Assembly: GCA_036782915.1 (NCBI GenBank)
Contig: DAIPYE010000001.1
Span: 1 to 53,249, forward strand
DNA length: 53,249 bases
Source: Bacteroidota bacterium
GTDB lineage: Bacteria; Bacteroidota; Ignavibacteria; Tepidaquicellales; Tepidaquicellaceae
Reading direction: 5' to 3'
Each line of letters opens with the position of its first letter. Position 1 is the first letter of the stretch. Below are positions 1 to 9,603 of the stretch, in pieces. Position numbers and translations under genes: made by a program. A model generated the notes under the pieces. It worked only from the letters and a program-made list of their open reading frames with translations. It made no database searches and was not told the origin of the DNA.

Positions 1-93
1 ATGGCAAATAGGGACTTAGGGGGTTGTCAGAAATTATTAAAGTAACATTTTGGACAGATGTGATTTTTTTTAAAATGATTAATAAAAAGTATT

Positions 94-1500
94 TTATTTA
101 TTCAGAATAGCAGCCATAAATTCACCTTCACACACAACTTCACCGCCGATATAATTTTTATATGCTTTACCTGCAATTTTACAAATTCCTCTTTTAAAAG
201 AAAGAAGATACATTTCGAAAACAAGCTGGTCTCCAGGGGTAACAGGCTTTCTGAATTTTACTTTTTCAATAGATGCAAAATATGCCATTTTATTTTCAGG
301 ATCATCCAGCGAATTTAATACAAGTATAAATCCGCATTGCGCCATTGCTTCGACTATTAAAACGCCGGGCATTACTCTCTTGTTAGGAAAATGACCGTTA
401 AAAAAAGGCTCGTTAAAAGTTACATTCTTTATCCCTACAATTCTTTTATTTACCTCAATATCTATAATTCTGTCAACCAGTAAGAAAGGATATCTGTGCG
501 GCATGATCTCAAGGATAGCTTCTATATCAAATATACAATTTTCAGATTTCATCACCTGAAATTTTTTCTCAATCTTCTTTTGCAGATACAGTTTCCTTAA
601 CATCTTTGTAAATTCGACATTGGATTTATGTCCCGGTCTTGCAGCAAGTATCTGTCCTTTTACAGGTGCGCCGATCAATGCCATGTCACCAATGAGATCA
701 AGGAGTTTATGCCTTGCCGGTTCATTCTTGTATCTTAGTTCTTTATTATTTAGTGTAGTGCCGGAACCGAGAATTATACTTTCCTCTATCCCAAGTTTTT
801 TTGTTAAATCATTAAGCTCATCTGCACCAGCTTCCTTATCTACTATGACAATAGCATTGTTAAGATCTCCGCCTTTTATTAAGCCCTGCTCTCTCAGAAA
901 TTCTATTTCACTTAAAAAACAAAATGTTCTTGAAGGAGCAAATTCATTTTCAAATTCTTTCTGCAAATTAAATAATCCCGTATGCTGAACTCCCAATGCC
1001 GGGTTGTTATAATCTATCATTACTGAAATTCTGAAATCATCTTTTAAAGGAAGTGCAACTATATCCACATTATTTTCATCATCGTGATAATGAACAGTGT
1101 CCTCTATAACAAGGTAATCTCTCTTTGCATCCTGTTCCGTAATATCAGCCATCTTCAAGGTAGCAACATAATCTTTCGCGCTGCCGTCCATTATCGGAGG
1201 TTCGTTGGAATCAAGCTCGACAATAATATTATCTATTTCACATCCCATTATACTTGCAAGCACATGCTCTACTGTATGAACTTCTGCTCCGTTTTTTGCA
1301 ATGGTTGTACCTCTTGAAATATCTATAACATGATCTATATCGGCAGGAATTTCAGGAGAACCTGGCAAATCAATTCTTTTAAACCTGATACCGTAATTTT
1401 CCGGAGCAGGTTTGAATGTCATGTTTGATTTATTCCCTGTATGTAATCCGACACCGGAAAGACTTGCCGGATTTTTAATTGTTCTCTGCTTTTCTAACAT
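94..1500 (-). CDS. lpxC: Bifunctional UDP-3-O-acyl-GlcNAc deacetylase / 3-hydroxyacyl-ACP dehydratase (LpxC-FabZ fusion)
   Basis: 468-aa ORF. The N-terminal ~300 aa look like LpxC (TIKNPASLSGVGLHTGN, HVLASIMG, PGHKSN). The C-terminal ~145 aa are a FabZ hotdog fold (PHRYPFLLVDRI, FNGHFP, PGVLIVEAMAQ). It lies directly downstream of lpxD. Confidence 0.92.
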   Translation of the reverse strand: MLEKQRTIKNPASLSGVGLHTGNKSNMTFKPAPENYGIRFKRIDLPGSPEIPADIDHVIDISRGTTIAKNGAEVHTVEHVLASIMGCEIDNIIVELDSNEPPIMDGSAKDYVATLKMADITEQDAKRDYLVIEDTVHYHDDENNVDIVALPLKDDFRISVMIDYNNPALGVQHTGLFNLQKEFENEFAPSRTFCFLSEIEFLREQGLIKGGDLNNAIVIVDKEAGADELNDLTKKLGIEESIILGSGTTLNNKELRYKNEPARHKLLDLIGDMALIGAPVKGQILAARPGHKSNVEFTKMLRKLYLQKKIEKKFQVMKSENCIFDIEAILEIMPHRYPFLLVDRIIDIEVNKRIVGIKNVTFNEPFFNGHFPNKRVMPGVLIVEAMAQCGFILVLNSLDDPENKMAYFASIEKVKFRKPVTPGDQLVFEMYLLSFKRGICKIAGKAYKNYIGGEVVCEGEFMAAILNK

Positions 1501-1512
1501 TGTAAAATTATT

Positions 1513-2535
1513 TTATTTTTTTGATTTATCTTCCAGATCCTTTACTCTCTTTTCCAGTTTACCAAGGTTCCTGATTCCGATATCTGTAACTAAACTTTCA
1601 CGCTGAGGTCTTGCTCTGTAACCGATATAAATTCCGGGTTTGTCAATAGATTTTGAAACTCCAACCGACGCCCCGATAATGACATCATCGCAAATAGTTA
1701 TGTGCCCGACTAATCCGGATTGTCCACCGATCATGCAGCGCTTTCCAATTTTTGTCGATCCCGCAATTCCCACCTGAGCTGCAATTACTGTATCTTCCCC
1801 GATCTCAACATTATGCGCGATCTGAATCTGATTATCCAATTTAACTCCGGTGCAGATCTTTGTTTCTCCGATTGTTGCTCTGTCTATACAGCAATTCGCT
1901 CCGATTTCAACATTGTCCTCGATTTTTACAATACCTGTCTGCGGAATTTTTTTGTATTTCCCGTCACTTTGTTTTGCAAATCCAAATCCATCTGAACCAA
2001 TCACTGTTCCGGAATGTATAGTAACATTATTCCCGATTATACAACCATTATAAATTGTTACATTTGAATTTATCTTGCAGTTATTCCCGATCACTACTTC
2101 ATTATATATTGTGCAATTCGGATAAATACGTGTACCTGAATTTATTGTGCATTTCTTTCCAATTGATACGAAATTACCTATTGATGCATCATCAGAAATA
2201 ACAGTGTCAGTATCTATAAAACAACTGTCAGAAATTCCGGAATTTTCAAATTCAATTTCCTTCTCAAAAATTTCCAGAAGTTTAAGGAATGAAATATAAG
2301 GATCGTCAACTTTTACTATCGGTATATCATTTTTATCACCTTTCCGGACAAAATCATTTGAGACAATAACTGCTCCGGCTTTTGTCTCAGAAAAATATTT
2401 CTCATACAAAGGATTTGAAATGAATGTGATCTCATCACCTGCAGCAGTTTCTATTTTACCTACGCCGGTTATATCAACATTATTTTTACCTTCAATTATT
2501 CCGTTTAGTAATTTTGAGATTTCTGTGAGTTTCAT
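1513..2535 (-). CDS. lpxD: UDP-3-O-acylglucosamine N-acyltransferase
   Basis: 340 aa with a long run of hexapeptide (left-handed beta-helix) repeats (IGNNCKINSNVTIYNGCIIGNNVTIHSGTVIGSDGFGF). It sits in the skp-lpxD-fabZ context. Its ATG shares one nucleotide with the upstream skp stop (TAATG). Confidence 0.92.
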   Translation of the reverse strand: MKLTEISKLLNGIIEGKNNVDITGVGKIETAAGDEITFISNPLYEKYFSETKAGAVIVSNDFVRKGDKNDIPIVKVDDPYISFLKLLEIFEKEIEFENSGISDSCFIDTDTVISDDASIGNFVSIGKKCTINSGTRIYPNCTIYNEVVIGNNCKINSNVTIYNGCIIGNNVTIHSGTVIGSDGFGFAKQSDGKYKKIPQTGIVKIEDNVEIGANCCIDRATIGETKICTGVKLDNQIQIAHNVEIGEDTVIAAQVGIAGSTKIGKRCMIGGQSGLVGHITICDDVIIGASVGVSKSIDKPGIYIGYRARPQRESLVTDIGIRNLGKLEKRVKDLEDKSKK

Positions 2536-3068
2536 TATTTACCTGCAATTTCATTTATTACCTTCATTGTAAGGTCATAATCTTCGTTTACATACATCAG
2601 CATTACATCTGTATTCCTGTCAAATACATAATCATATTTTCCGTCCTTTGCAACTGTCTCTATCGCTTTAAAAACTCTGTCCTGAACAGGCTTCATAAAT
2701 TCTGTCTGCTTTTGAAAATACTCCCCGTTTTCTCCGAACTTCTGAACTTTAAAATTTGTAACCCTGCTTTCAAGTTCATTGATCTGATTTTCTGTCTGAA
2801 TTTTTAACTGTTCAGTCAGAATCAGTTTTTTCTTTTCATAATCACTTTTCAGAATTTTCAGACTGTCCTGCAGAACATTTAACTCTGTCTGCCATTGGGC
2901 TACAAGCATATCAAGCCTTTGCTTTGCATCTCTTGAATCCTGCATTGATTCCAGTATTTTCTTTGAATCAATATACCCGACCTTGGTTTGTGAATAAATG
3001 TCTCCGGAAAGTATCAATAAAACAAATACTATCACTGAAACAATACTCAAATGCATTTTCTGTTTCAT
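2535..3068 (-). CDS. skp: OmpH/Skp-family periplasmic chaperone (copy 2)
   Basis: Signal peptide (MKQKMHLSIVSVIVFVLLILSG) followed by a long coiled-coil-rich body. Positioned between bamA/skp and lpxD. The ORF track extends to a TTG at 3104; I prefer the ATG at 3068 because it starts the signal peptide. Confidence 0.8.
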   Translation of the reverse strand: MKQKMHLSIVSVIVFVLLILSGDIYSQTKVGYIDSKKILESMQDSRDAKQRLDMLVAQWQTELNVLQDSLKILKSDYEKKKLILTEQLKIQTENQINELESRVTNFKVQKFGENGEYFQKQTEFMKPVQDRVFKAIETVAKDGKYDYVFDRNTDVMLMYVNEDYDLTMKVINEIAGK

Positions 3069-3140
3069 AAATTCATTTTTAGATATGAAAATGCCTGCTT
3101 GCAAATGCAGACAGGCTGAAAAACTTTACAGATTTATTTC

Positions 3141-3707
3141 TTATTTTAATTTGTCTAGAACTTTAAATGTTATGTCAAATTCTTTATCACCGTATAATAA
3201 TGTCCCATCAGCTTTATCAAATACAAAATTTATTTTCATTGATTTAGCCACTTCTTCAATAGTTTTGGTGATCTTCTCTTTTACGGGCTTAAATAATTCT
3301 GATTGTCTTGCAAGTAAAGAAGATTGAATGCTTTGTTTATATTGTCCTAAACTTTCATCCAGTGACTGCACTTCTTTCTGCATTCCGCCGATCTCTTCCT
3401 GCAATGCTTTTAAATCTGCTTCAGATTTGACTGTTCCTGATTCTACTTTTTTCTGCGCGTCATCATAACTTGCTTTAAATGCTTCGGCTTTTGATTTAAT
3501 TTCATTTTCTTTTGCCTGAACTGTATCGAGATAAAGTTTTTGTAAACCTTCTAATTCTGTCTGTACTTTCTGTGCTTCTGGCAATTGCTTTAATATTGTT
3601 TCACTGTCAACAAATCCGATTTTTATCTGTGCCCCGGCTTCATTAAAACTGAAAAAACCGACAAGCGAAATTAAAATTACGAAATATTTCAAATTACTTT
3701 TTTTCAA
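3141..3707 (-). CDS. skp: OmpH/Skp-family periplasmic chaperone (copy 1)
   Basis: 188 aa. Signal peptide ending AGAQ, then IKIGFVDSETILKQLPE followed by a K/E/Q-rich coiled coil. Immediately downstream of bamA. Confidence 0.85.
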   Translation of the reverse strand: MKKSNLKYFVILISLVGFFSFNEAGAQIKIGFVDSETILKQLPEAQKVQTELEGLQKLYLDTVQAKENEIKSKAEAFKASYDDAQKKVESGTVKSEADLKALQEEIGGMQKEVQSLDESLGQYKQSIQSSLLARQSELFKPVKEKITKTIEEVAKSMKINFVFDKADGTLLYGDKEFDITFKVLDKLK

Positions 3708-3847
3708 AAATCTTCTCCTTATTTTTTTAATTGTTTATAATTTATTGTTTTTAATTTATTGTTTTTTATTTATTGTTTTTTATTTATTGTTTTTTATTAT
3801 TTTGTTTCTCTCTTTATCTGGCATTTCTGAAACTCCATTATGTTTTG

Positions 3848-6217
3848 TTAAAATCCTCTCCCGAACTGAAAGTGAAACTGCCACTGAGGATCCTGACCGT
3901 CTACAATTTTTCGGTCAAATCCATATCCGAAATCAAATCCTACAAGTCCTACCGCCGGTAATATAAGTCTTGTTCCGAAGCCGACTGCTCTTCTCAGATC
4001 GAATGGGTCTGTCCTTCTGATATTTTCCCAAATGTTACTGGCTTCTGCAAATAACAAAACAAATATAGGCAACGGATCCTGAGACAATGAATACCTTAAC
4101 TCCAGTCCGTTTCGCATTACAACCTTTCCGCCAATCGGAGTGCCGGCAAAGTTTCTCGGACCAACTGATCTGTCATCATAGCCTCTTAATGGAATTGTAT
4201 TACTCGTAAGACCATTTCCTCCCATATAAAATAATTCATTAGGCGGAACATAATTATCATTCGAAAATGTATTAATTGATCCAAATTGAAAGACAGTAAA
4301 AAGTACTAATTTTCTGTTTACACTAAGCGGTGTATATGCTTCTGTCAAAAAAACATTTTTGATAAAATTTACAGAACCGGGTAAAAATGGTCCTCCTGAT
4401 AATTCAGATGAAAGCGAAACTCTTGTTCCTGCTGTTGGAAACACAGGTTCAAAAACTGTCGATCTGGAAATGATCTGTCTTAAACTGAACTGGTTTCTTA
4501 TTCCTTCCTGATAAACTGAACTTCCGTTTATGGTATTTGTTTTCTGATATTTTGCTGTCCAGTCACCTCTGAAATAATCATCAGGAAATTTAAATCTTTT
4601 TCCGATGTTGGCAGAAATACCCGTCTCCTTTGTTTCAAGTCCTTCATAATTCTGCCGTGTATCAAATATATTAAATCCAAGCTGTGTCGGTTTATTGAAG
4701 AGCCACGGCTCCTGAAATCCAATATCAAAAGTTCTGTAAGTTCCGCCGGTTCCAAAAGACCAGTTAAATGTCAATATCTGCCCTGCACCTCCTGAAAAAG
4801 GTGCTGCTATATCAAAATTATTAAAAGTAAGACCCAGAGAACCTGTAACACCAAAACTTCCGCTGAATCCGATAGAAGCATTAAACTGATCAGAAGATTT
4901 TTCCTCCACAAGATACTTCATATTTACCGTACTGTCATCTGCCAGTGAAATATCCTGAGATAATTTTTCCGGATTAAAATAATTCAGCGCTGAAAGTTGC
5001 TGCATACTTCTTTTTACATTCGTCTTGTTAAAATAATCTCCCGGCGCAGTATAGATCTCTCTTCTTAAAACTTTTTCCTGCGTTTTGTCATTTCCTTCAA
5101 ATCCAATTAATCCGAATTTAAACTGATTTGCTTCCCTGATTTTTATTATCAGATCAACTTTATCATCACCTACTGGCTTCTCCTCAACATCAGCTGAAAA
5201 AGACAGATATCCGTTGTCAAGATAAGCTGAGCTTATATCAGTTTCTTTTTCATTGCCGTAAATGTTTGACTGAAGTTTAGTGATATTATAAACATCACCG
5301 GGACGCATGTCAATTTTATTGAAAAGATAATTATTGTCGTAAAGCTTGTTTCCCTCAAATGTTACATTGTTCACATAATATTTATTTCCTTCATCTACTG
5401 TCACAATAATATCAACGTCCTCTTTGGAGGAAAGGATATTCAGCTTGCTTGCTGTTACTGTTGCATCTTTAAATCCATTTTCTTTATAATAATTCTCAAT
5501 TAACTTTTTATCTTCTTCGAATTTTCCCTTGTCAAATGTAGCTCCGTCCCAGATTTTCCACCAGACTTTTTCTGAAGTTTCTTCCATCGCGCTTTTCAGA
5601 TCAGATGTAGAAATGCTCTTGTTGCCTTCAAATTTTATGCTGTTAACAGATAATTCTTTTCCTTCATTGATCTTTATTCTTATAAGTGCTTCATTTCCTG
5701 CAGAAATTAATTTGTCAACTTTTACATCTGCCAGTCCGTATCCTTCCTCGGCATAATTCTTTTCCAGATTGTATTCAATATCTTTAAGCTTCTGATCGGA
5801 TACAACTTCACCTGCAACCATGTTTATCTTTTCATTGATATCATCAACAGAAAATTCGTCATTACCTGTAATTTCTACTTTACTGATACGGGGCAATTCT
5901 TCCACTTCAATAATTAAATAAACATCTTTTCCGAATTTTTTATCAACATAAAGTCTGACGTCAGAAAAAATTCCAATATTCCATAACCTGTCTATAGCAT
6001 CTTTTGTCTGGTCAGAAGGTATTACAATCTCCTGCCCTACATTTAATCCTGAATATGTAATTATTGTATTGGTTTCGTAACTTTTATTTCCTTTTGTATT
6101 AATACTGGCGATCCTGTAAGTAGTAGCTTCTTCGTTTTGTGAAAAGGAATTGCGGAACATTAAAATTATAATGAAAATCGAAATGATAAATATCTTAAAT
6201 CCTGTTTTATTGGGCAT
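3848..6217 (-). CDS. bamA: Outer membrane protein assembly factor BamA
   Basis: 789 aa. N-terminal signal peptide, repeated POTRA-like modules, and a C-terminal barrel ending QFHFQFGRGF (terminal aromatic residue). Conserved uppS-bamA-skp synteny. Confidence 0.92.
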   Translation of the reverse strand: MPNKTGFKIFIISIFIIILMFRNSFSQNEEATTYRIASINTKGNKSYETNTIITYSGLNVGQEIVIPSDQTKDAIDRLWNIGIFSDVRLYVDKKFGKDVYLIIEVEELPRISKVEITGNDEFSVDDINEKINMVAGEVVSDQKLKDIEYNLEKNYAEEGYGLADVKVDKLISAGNEALIRIKINEGKELSVNSIKFEGNKSISTSDLKSAMEETSEKVWWKIWDGATFDKGKFEEDKKLIENYYKENGFKDATVTASKLNILSSKEDVDIIVTVDEGNKYYVNNVTFEGNKLYDNNYLFNKIDMRPGDVYNITKLQSNIYGNEKETDISSAYLDNGYLSFSADVEEKPVGDDKVDLIIKIREANQFKFGLIGFEGNDKTQEKVLRREIYTAPGDYFNKTNVKRSMQQLSALNYFNPEKLSQDISLADDSTVNMKYLVEEKSSDQFNASIGFSGSFGVTGSLGLTFNNFDIAAPFSGGAGQILTFNWSFGTGGTYRTFDIGFQEPWLFNKPTQLGFNIFDTRQNYEGLETKETGISANIGKRFKFPDDYFRGDWTAKYQKTNTINGSSVYQEGIRNQFSLRQIISRSTVFEPVFPTAGTRVSLSSELSGGPFLPGSVNFIKNVFLTEAYTPLSVNRKLVLFTVFQFGSINTFSNDNYVPPNELFYMGGNGLTSNTIPLRGYDDRSVGPRNFAGTPIGGKVVMRNGLELRYSLSQDPLPIFVLLFAEASNIWENIRRTDPFDLRRAVGFGTRLILPAVGLVGFDFGYGFDRKIVDGQDPQWQFHFQFGRGF

Positions 6218-6231
6218 ATTTTATTAAAATT

Positions 6232-7008
6232 CTATTTATTCTTTGTTATTTGTTCACTTGTTAATCCGAATCTTCTTTCTCTTTTCTGATATTCTGAGAT
6301 CGCATTGTAAAATTGTGTCCTTTTAAAATCCGGCCAGTAATTTTTGTCAATGTATATTTCACTGTAAGCTATCTGCCAAAGAAGAAAATTACTTATCCGG
6401 AATTCTCCGCCTGTCCTGATCAGCAGATCCGGATCCGGAATGTCTTTTGTAACAAGAAAACGGGAAAATTCTTTTTCATTTAAACTCTCTAAATCAAATT
6501 TTGATTCATTTTGTTCCTGTATAATATTCTTAACAGCATTTAATATATCCCATCTTCCGCTGTAACTTAAGGCCAGATTCAATGTCATTAATTTATTGTT
6601 CTTTGTCGAATCAACAGCTTCCTCCAGCTCTTTTAAAACTTTATCCGGCAGATTATCTAAATTTCCTGTTGCTATAAGTTTCACATCATTCTGATTCAGC
6701 CTGTCTGTTTCATTTCTTATAGAACGTATAAGTAGTTTCATCAGTAAAGTTACTTCCGTTCTCGGCCGTTTCCAGTTTTCTGTGGAAAATGTATAAAGTG
6801 TTAAATATTTTACTCCGAGCTGTCCCGAAGCTTCCACTATATCTCTTGCTGAATTAACTCCTTCATTGTGCCCGAATACTCTTGTTAAATTTTTTGACTT
6901 TGCCCATCTGCCGTTCCCGTCCATTATTATTGCAATATGATTGGGAATTTCTCCGCTTTTCTGAAGTTCCGTTTGCTTTATCTTATCTTTTGGAGATGGC
7001 TGTATCAA
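6232..7008 (-). CDS. uppS: Isoprenyl transferase (undecaprenyl diphosphate synthase)
   Basis: Motifs IIMDGNGRWA and RTGGEFRISNFLLWQIAYSE. 258 aa. Confidence 0.93.
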   Translation of the reverse strand: MIQPSPKDKIKQTELQKSGEIPNHIAIIMDGNGRWAKSKNLTRVFGHNEGVNSARDIVEASGQLGVKYLTLYTFSTENWKRPRTEVTLLMKLLIRSIRNETDRLNQNDVKLIATGNLDNLPDKVLKELEEAVDSTKNNKLMTLNLALSYSGRWDILNAVKNIIQEQNESKFDLESLNEKEFSRFLVTKDIPDPDLLIRTGGEFRISNFLLWQIAYSEIYIDKNYWPDFKRTQFYNAISEYQKRERRFGLTSEQITKNK

Positions 7009-7112
7009 TTTTATCCGTTTACTGTTTTAAAATATTTACTTTTCTTTTCCAGACTCTCACCTGCCGGGCAAAGCAGTATTTCAGCTTTTGTTTAATAAAA
7101 TATTTTTTATCA

Positions 7113-8099
7113 TCAGATCAATCCCAGTTTACTTTTTACCAATCCGACCTTTTCATTCGCCAGTATAGTTGCATTTCTGTTTCCTTCTAAAATAATATTA
7201 CTCAACCTTTCCTCATCAGATCTTATTTCAGTGAATTTAGCCTGAAGAATTCCGAGTTTTTCTGATACAATTTCGCCAATATCGTTTTTAAATTGTCCGT
7301 ATCCCTTTCCTACATATTCATTTACTAATTCTTCAATCGGCTTATCTGAAAACTCCGATAAGATCACCAGTAAATTACTTACAGCAGGCTTGCTTTTATC
7401 ATAACGGATCTGATTATCGGAATCTGTAACTGCTCTTTTGAATTTCTTAATTATTTTTTCAGGGCTTTCGTCAAGCGAAATATAACTGTCTTCCGAATCA
7501 CTTTTACTCATCTTTTTTAATGGATCATTCAGACTCATTATCTTTGATGTTTTATCTGACAATGTAGCTTTAGGAAGTTTGAATGTCTCTCCGTGTAAAT
7601 TATTGAATCTCTGCGCAATTGTTCTGCTGAGCTCTACATGCTGAACCTGATCCATTCCCACCGGAATTTCATCTGCGTCATATAAAAGCACATCACCTGC
7701 CATTAAAACAGGATATTCATAAAGTCCTACAAGCTGTCCTTCTTTTCCTGTCTTTATTGATTTATCCTTGAACTGAGTCATCTTCCCCAGCTCTCCCATC
7801 GTCACATAATTATTAAGTATCCAGCAAATTTCACTGTGCGCCGGGATCATGGATTGTATAAAAATCACCGATTTATTTGGATCCACTCCAACCGTTAAAA
7901 GCCATGCGACAATATCCAGTGTGCGTTTCTTTAACTGACCTGCATCCTGTTTTACTGTTATCGCATGCAGATTGGCTACAAAAAAGAAATTCTCATAACC
8001 TTCTTTGTCCTGATTCTCAGCCCAGCGTTTCATTGCGCCAAGGTAATTTCCAAGTGTAAGTTCGCCAGTGGGTTTTATTCCGGATACTACTCTTTTCAA
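7113..8099 (-). CDS. trpS: Tryptophan--tRNA ligase
   Basis: 328-aa class I aaRS. N-terminal GIKPTGELTLGNYLG and an exact KMSKS motif (KKMSKSD). Confidence 0.93.
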   Translation of the reverse strand: MKRVVSGIKPTGELTLGNYLGAMKRWAENQDKEGYENFFFVANLHAITVKQDAGQLKKRTLDIVAWLLTVGVDPNKSVIFIQSMIPAHSEICWILNNYVTMGELGKMTQFKDKSIKTGKEGQLVGLYEYPVLMAGDVLLYDADEIPVGMDQVQHVELSRTIAQRFNNLHGETFKLPKATLSDKTSKIMSLNDPLKKMSKSDSEDSYISLDESPEKIIKKFKRAVTDSDNQIRYDKSKPAVSNLLVILSEFSDKPIEELVNEYVGKGYGQFKNDIGEIVSEKLGILQAKFTEIRSDEERLSNIILEGNRNATILANEKVGLVKSKLGLI

Positions 8100-8175
8100 A
8101 AATCTGATGTATTCTTTTTTATAAAATATTTAAATATTATTTATTCAAATTATAAATTTCATTCTATAAATTAAA

Positions 8176-8213
8176 TAAAAAATTTTCTCTTTCCCGGATA
8201 TTTCCTTGGGAAA
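8176..8213 (-). terminator. Candidate intrinsic terminator after the M42 peptidase gene
   Basis: TTTCCC (8190-8195) and GGGAAA (8208-8213) form a 6-bp stem with a 12-nt loop. On the minus strand it is followed by an A/T-rich, T-containing tract. The stem is weak. Confidence 0.35.
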
Positions 8214-8241
8214 CATGAAATTCATTTGAGATTTAAAAGTA

Positions 8242-9255
8242 TTAGAAATTTTCGATATATGCTTTGGTTAGATTATAGGTTTCTTTTAATGCGTTCTGAT
8301 GCGTCCTTTCCACTCCGTGAGAAGCAGAAACTCCCGGACCGATCAATCCGACTCTCAGGTCGTATCCCGCTGTCAATGCAGCGCTTCCGTCTGAGCCGTA
8401 ATATGGATATATATCAACTACATAATTTAATTTCTTTTTCTTTGCCAGATCACGTAATTTGTTTGTAACAGTAAAATCATAAGGTCCTGATGAATCTTTC
8501 GCGCAGATCGAAACAGCATCTTCCTTTCCGGTACATCCTTCACCGATTACTGCCATATCCAGAACAAGCATCTCACACGCTGAGTCAGGAATTCCGACAC
8601 AGGATCCGTGTCCCACTTCTTCATAATTTGAAAAGTAAAAACCGACGCTTTTATTCTTTTTATTTTTACTCAGCTCTTTTATAAGTTCGATCATTACTGC
8701 TGCGCATGCTTTATCATCTAAAAATCTTGATTTTATAAATCCGCTTTCTGTATGTTCAAATCTTGTATCATAAAAAACAAAATCTCCGGCATTTATTCCA
8801 AATTTCAAAGTTTCTTCTTCATTTGAAGACAATTCATCGATCCGTATTGACATATTACCGGCATTTCTTTCTTTGGTTCTGATATCTTTGTTAACATGTC
8901 CTGCAGGATTATTCAGCAATAATGTGCCTCTGAATAATTTTCCTTCTGAATTTCTGATAGTTACATATTCACCTTCAAAAGAATTGAAAGGATATGAACC
9001 AAGCTGTGTGATCTCAAGAGTTCCGTCGCTTTTCACCACTTTTACCATCGCTCCTAATGTGTCTATATGACCGGAAATTATTAATTCCGGATTTTTGGAA
9101 AATGAGATCAGCAGTGAACCTTTATTGGTTTTACTTATTATTAAATTTTTATCTTTACTGAAAAGATCTTCAATGTATCTGATCACCTCAAAAGTATAAC
9201 CAGTCGGTGAATTTATTTTAAGTATTGCCTCTAATGTTTTTACAATTTCCATCAT
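8242..9255 (-). CDS. M42-family metallopeptidase (FrvX/YpdE-like aminopeptidase)
   Basis: 337 aa with the ordered metal-ligand pattern typical of M42: SGHIDTLG, FLDDKA, YEEVGHG, SASHGVERTH. Confidence 0.8.
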   Translation of the reverse strand: MMEIVKTLEAILKINSPTGYTFEVIRYIEDLFSKDKNLIISKTNKGSLLISFSKNPELIISGHIDTLGAMVKVVKSDGTLEITQLGSYPFNSFEGEYVTIRNSEGKLFRGTLLLNNPAGHVNKDIRTKERNAGNMSIRIDELSSNEEETLKFGINAGDFVFYDTRFEHTESGFIKSRFLDDKACAAVMIELIKELSKNKKNKSVGFYFSNYEEVGHGSCVGIPDSACEMLVLDMAVIGEGCTGKEDAVSICAKDSSGPYDFTVTNKLRDLAKKKKLNYVVDIYPYYGSDGSAALTAGYDLRVGLIGPGVSASHGVERTHQNALKETYNLTKAYIENF

Positions 9256-9593
9256 TATTTTGTGCTGTCTATTATAATTTTATATATCTTTTCGCCTTCT
9301 TTTGTCATTCCGTATTTTTCACGTGCAACCTGTTCCTGCTTTGCTTCTGAATTTTTCAGTTCCTCGATCTGTTTCTGCAATTCTTTAGTTTTATTGATCT
9401 CTGCATTTAAGCTGCCTTCAAGTTCTTTTCTTTCTGACTCAAGCTCCATCCGCTGGATAAGTCCTTTATTCCCGAATAATGCAAATGAGATCAGTCCGAT
9501 GAAAAAAATAATGACGAATACAATTCTCAAATTGTATTTAATGAATCTGAAAATGACCTTTAAAAATCCGTCTTTCTGATCTGAACTGTCCAT
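9255..9593 (-). CDS. ftsB: Septum formation initiator (FtsB/DivIC family)
   Basis: 112 aa. One TM helix (IVFVIIFFIGLISFALF), then a coiled coil (LIQRMELESERKELEGSLNAEINKTKELQKQIEELKN) and a C-terminal YGMTKEGEKIY segment. Confidence 0.7.
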   Translation of the reverse strand: MDSSDQKDGFLKVIFRFIKYNLRIVFVIIFFIGLISFALFGNKGLIQRMELESERKELEGSLNAEINKTKELQKQIEELKNSEAKQEQVAREKYGMTKEGEKIYKIIIDSTK

Positions 9594-9603
9594 ACTGAAT
9601 TTA

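Noticed and set aside
1-45. Possible 3' end of a plus-strand gene (frame ...MANRDLGGCQKLLK, stop at 43-45), or the start of lpxA on the minus strand below position 94.
   Set aside because: There is too little sequence. The minus-strand frame open to the window edge has no start codon and does not read like LpxA, so I make no call.
620-988. Many 60-140-aa ORFs on the strand opposite long genes. Examples: 620-988, 1084-1317, 1720-1995, 4528-4755, 8226-8468, 21288-21542, 23774-24139, 28954-29367, 31984-32220, 32673-32999, 44135-44610 and 51446-52139.
   Set aside because: They lie wholly inside, or largely overlap, well-supported genes with clear family motifs. Their composition is low-complexity, as expected for shadow frames in AT-rich DNA.
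3739-3795. The short tandem repeats could be a CRISPR-like array.
   Set aside because: The units are 14 bp, contiguous with no spacers, and pure A/T-rich. This is a simple tandem repeat, not repeat-spacer architecture. There are no cas genes in the window.
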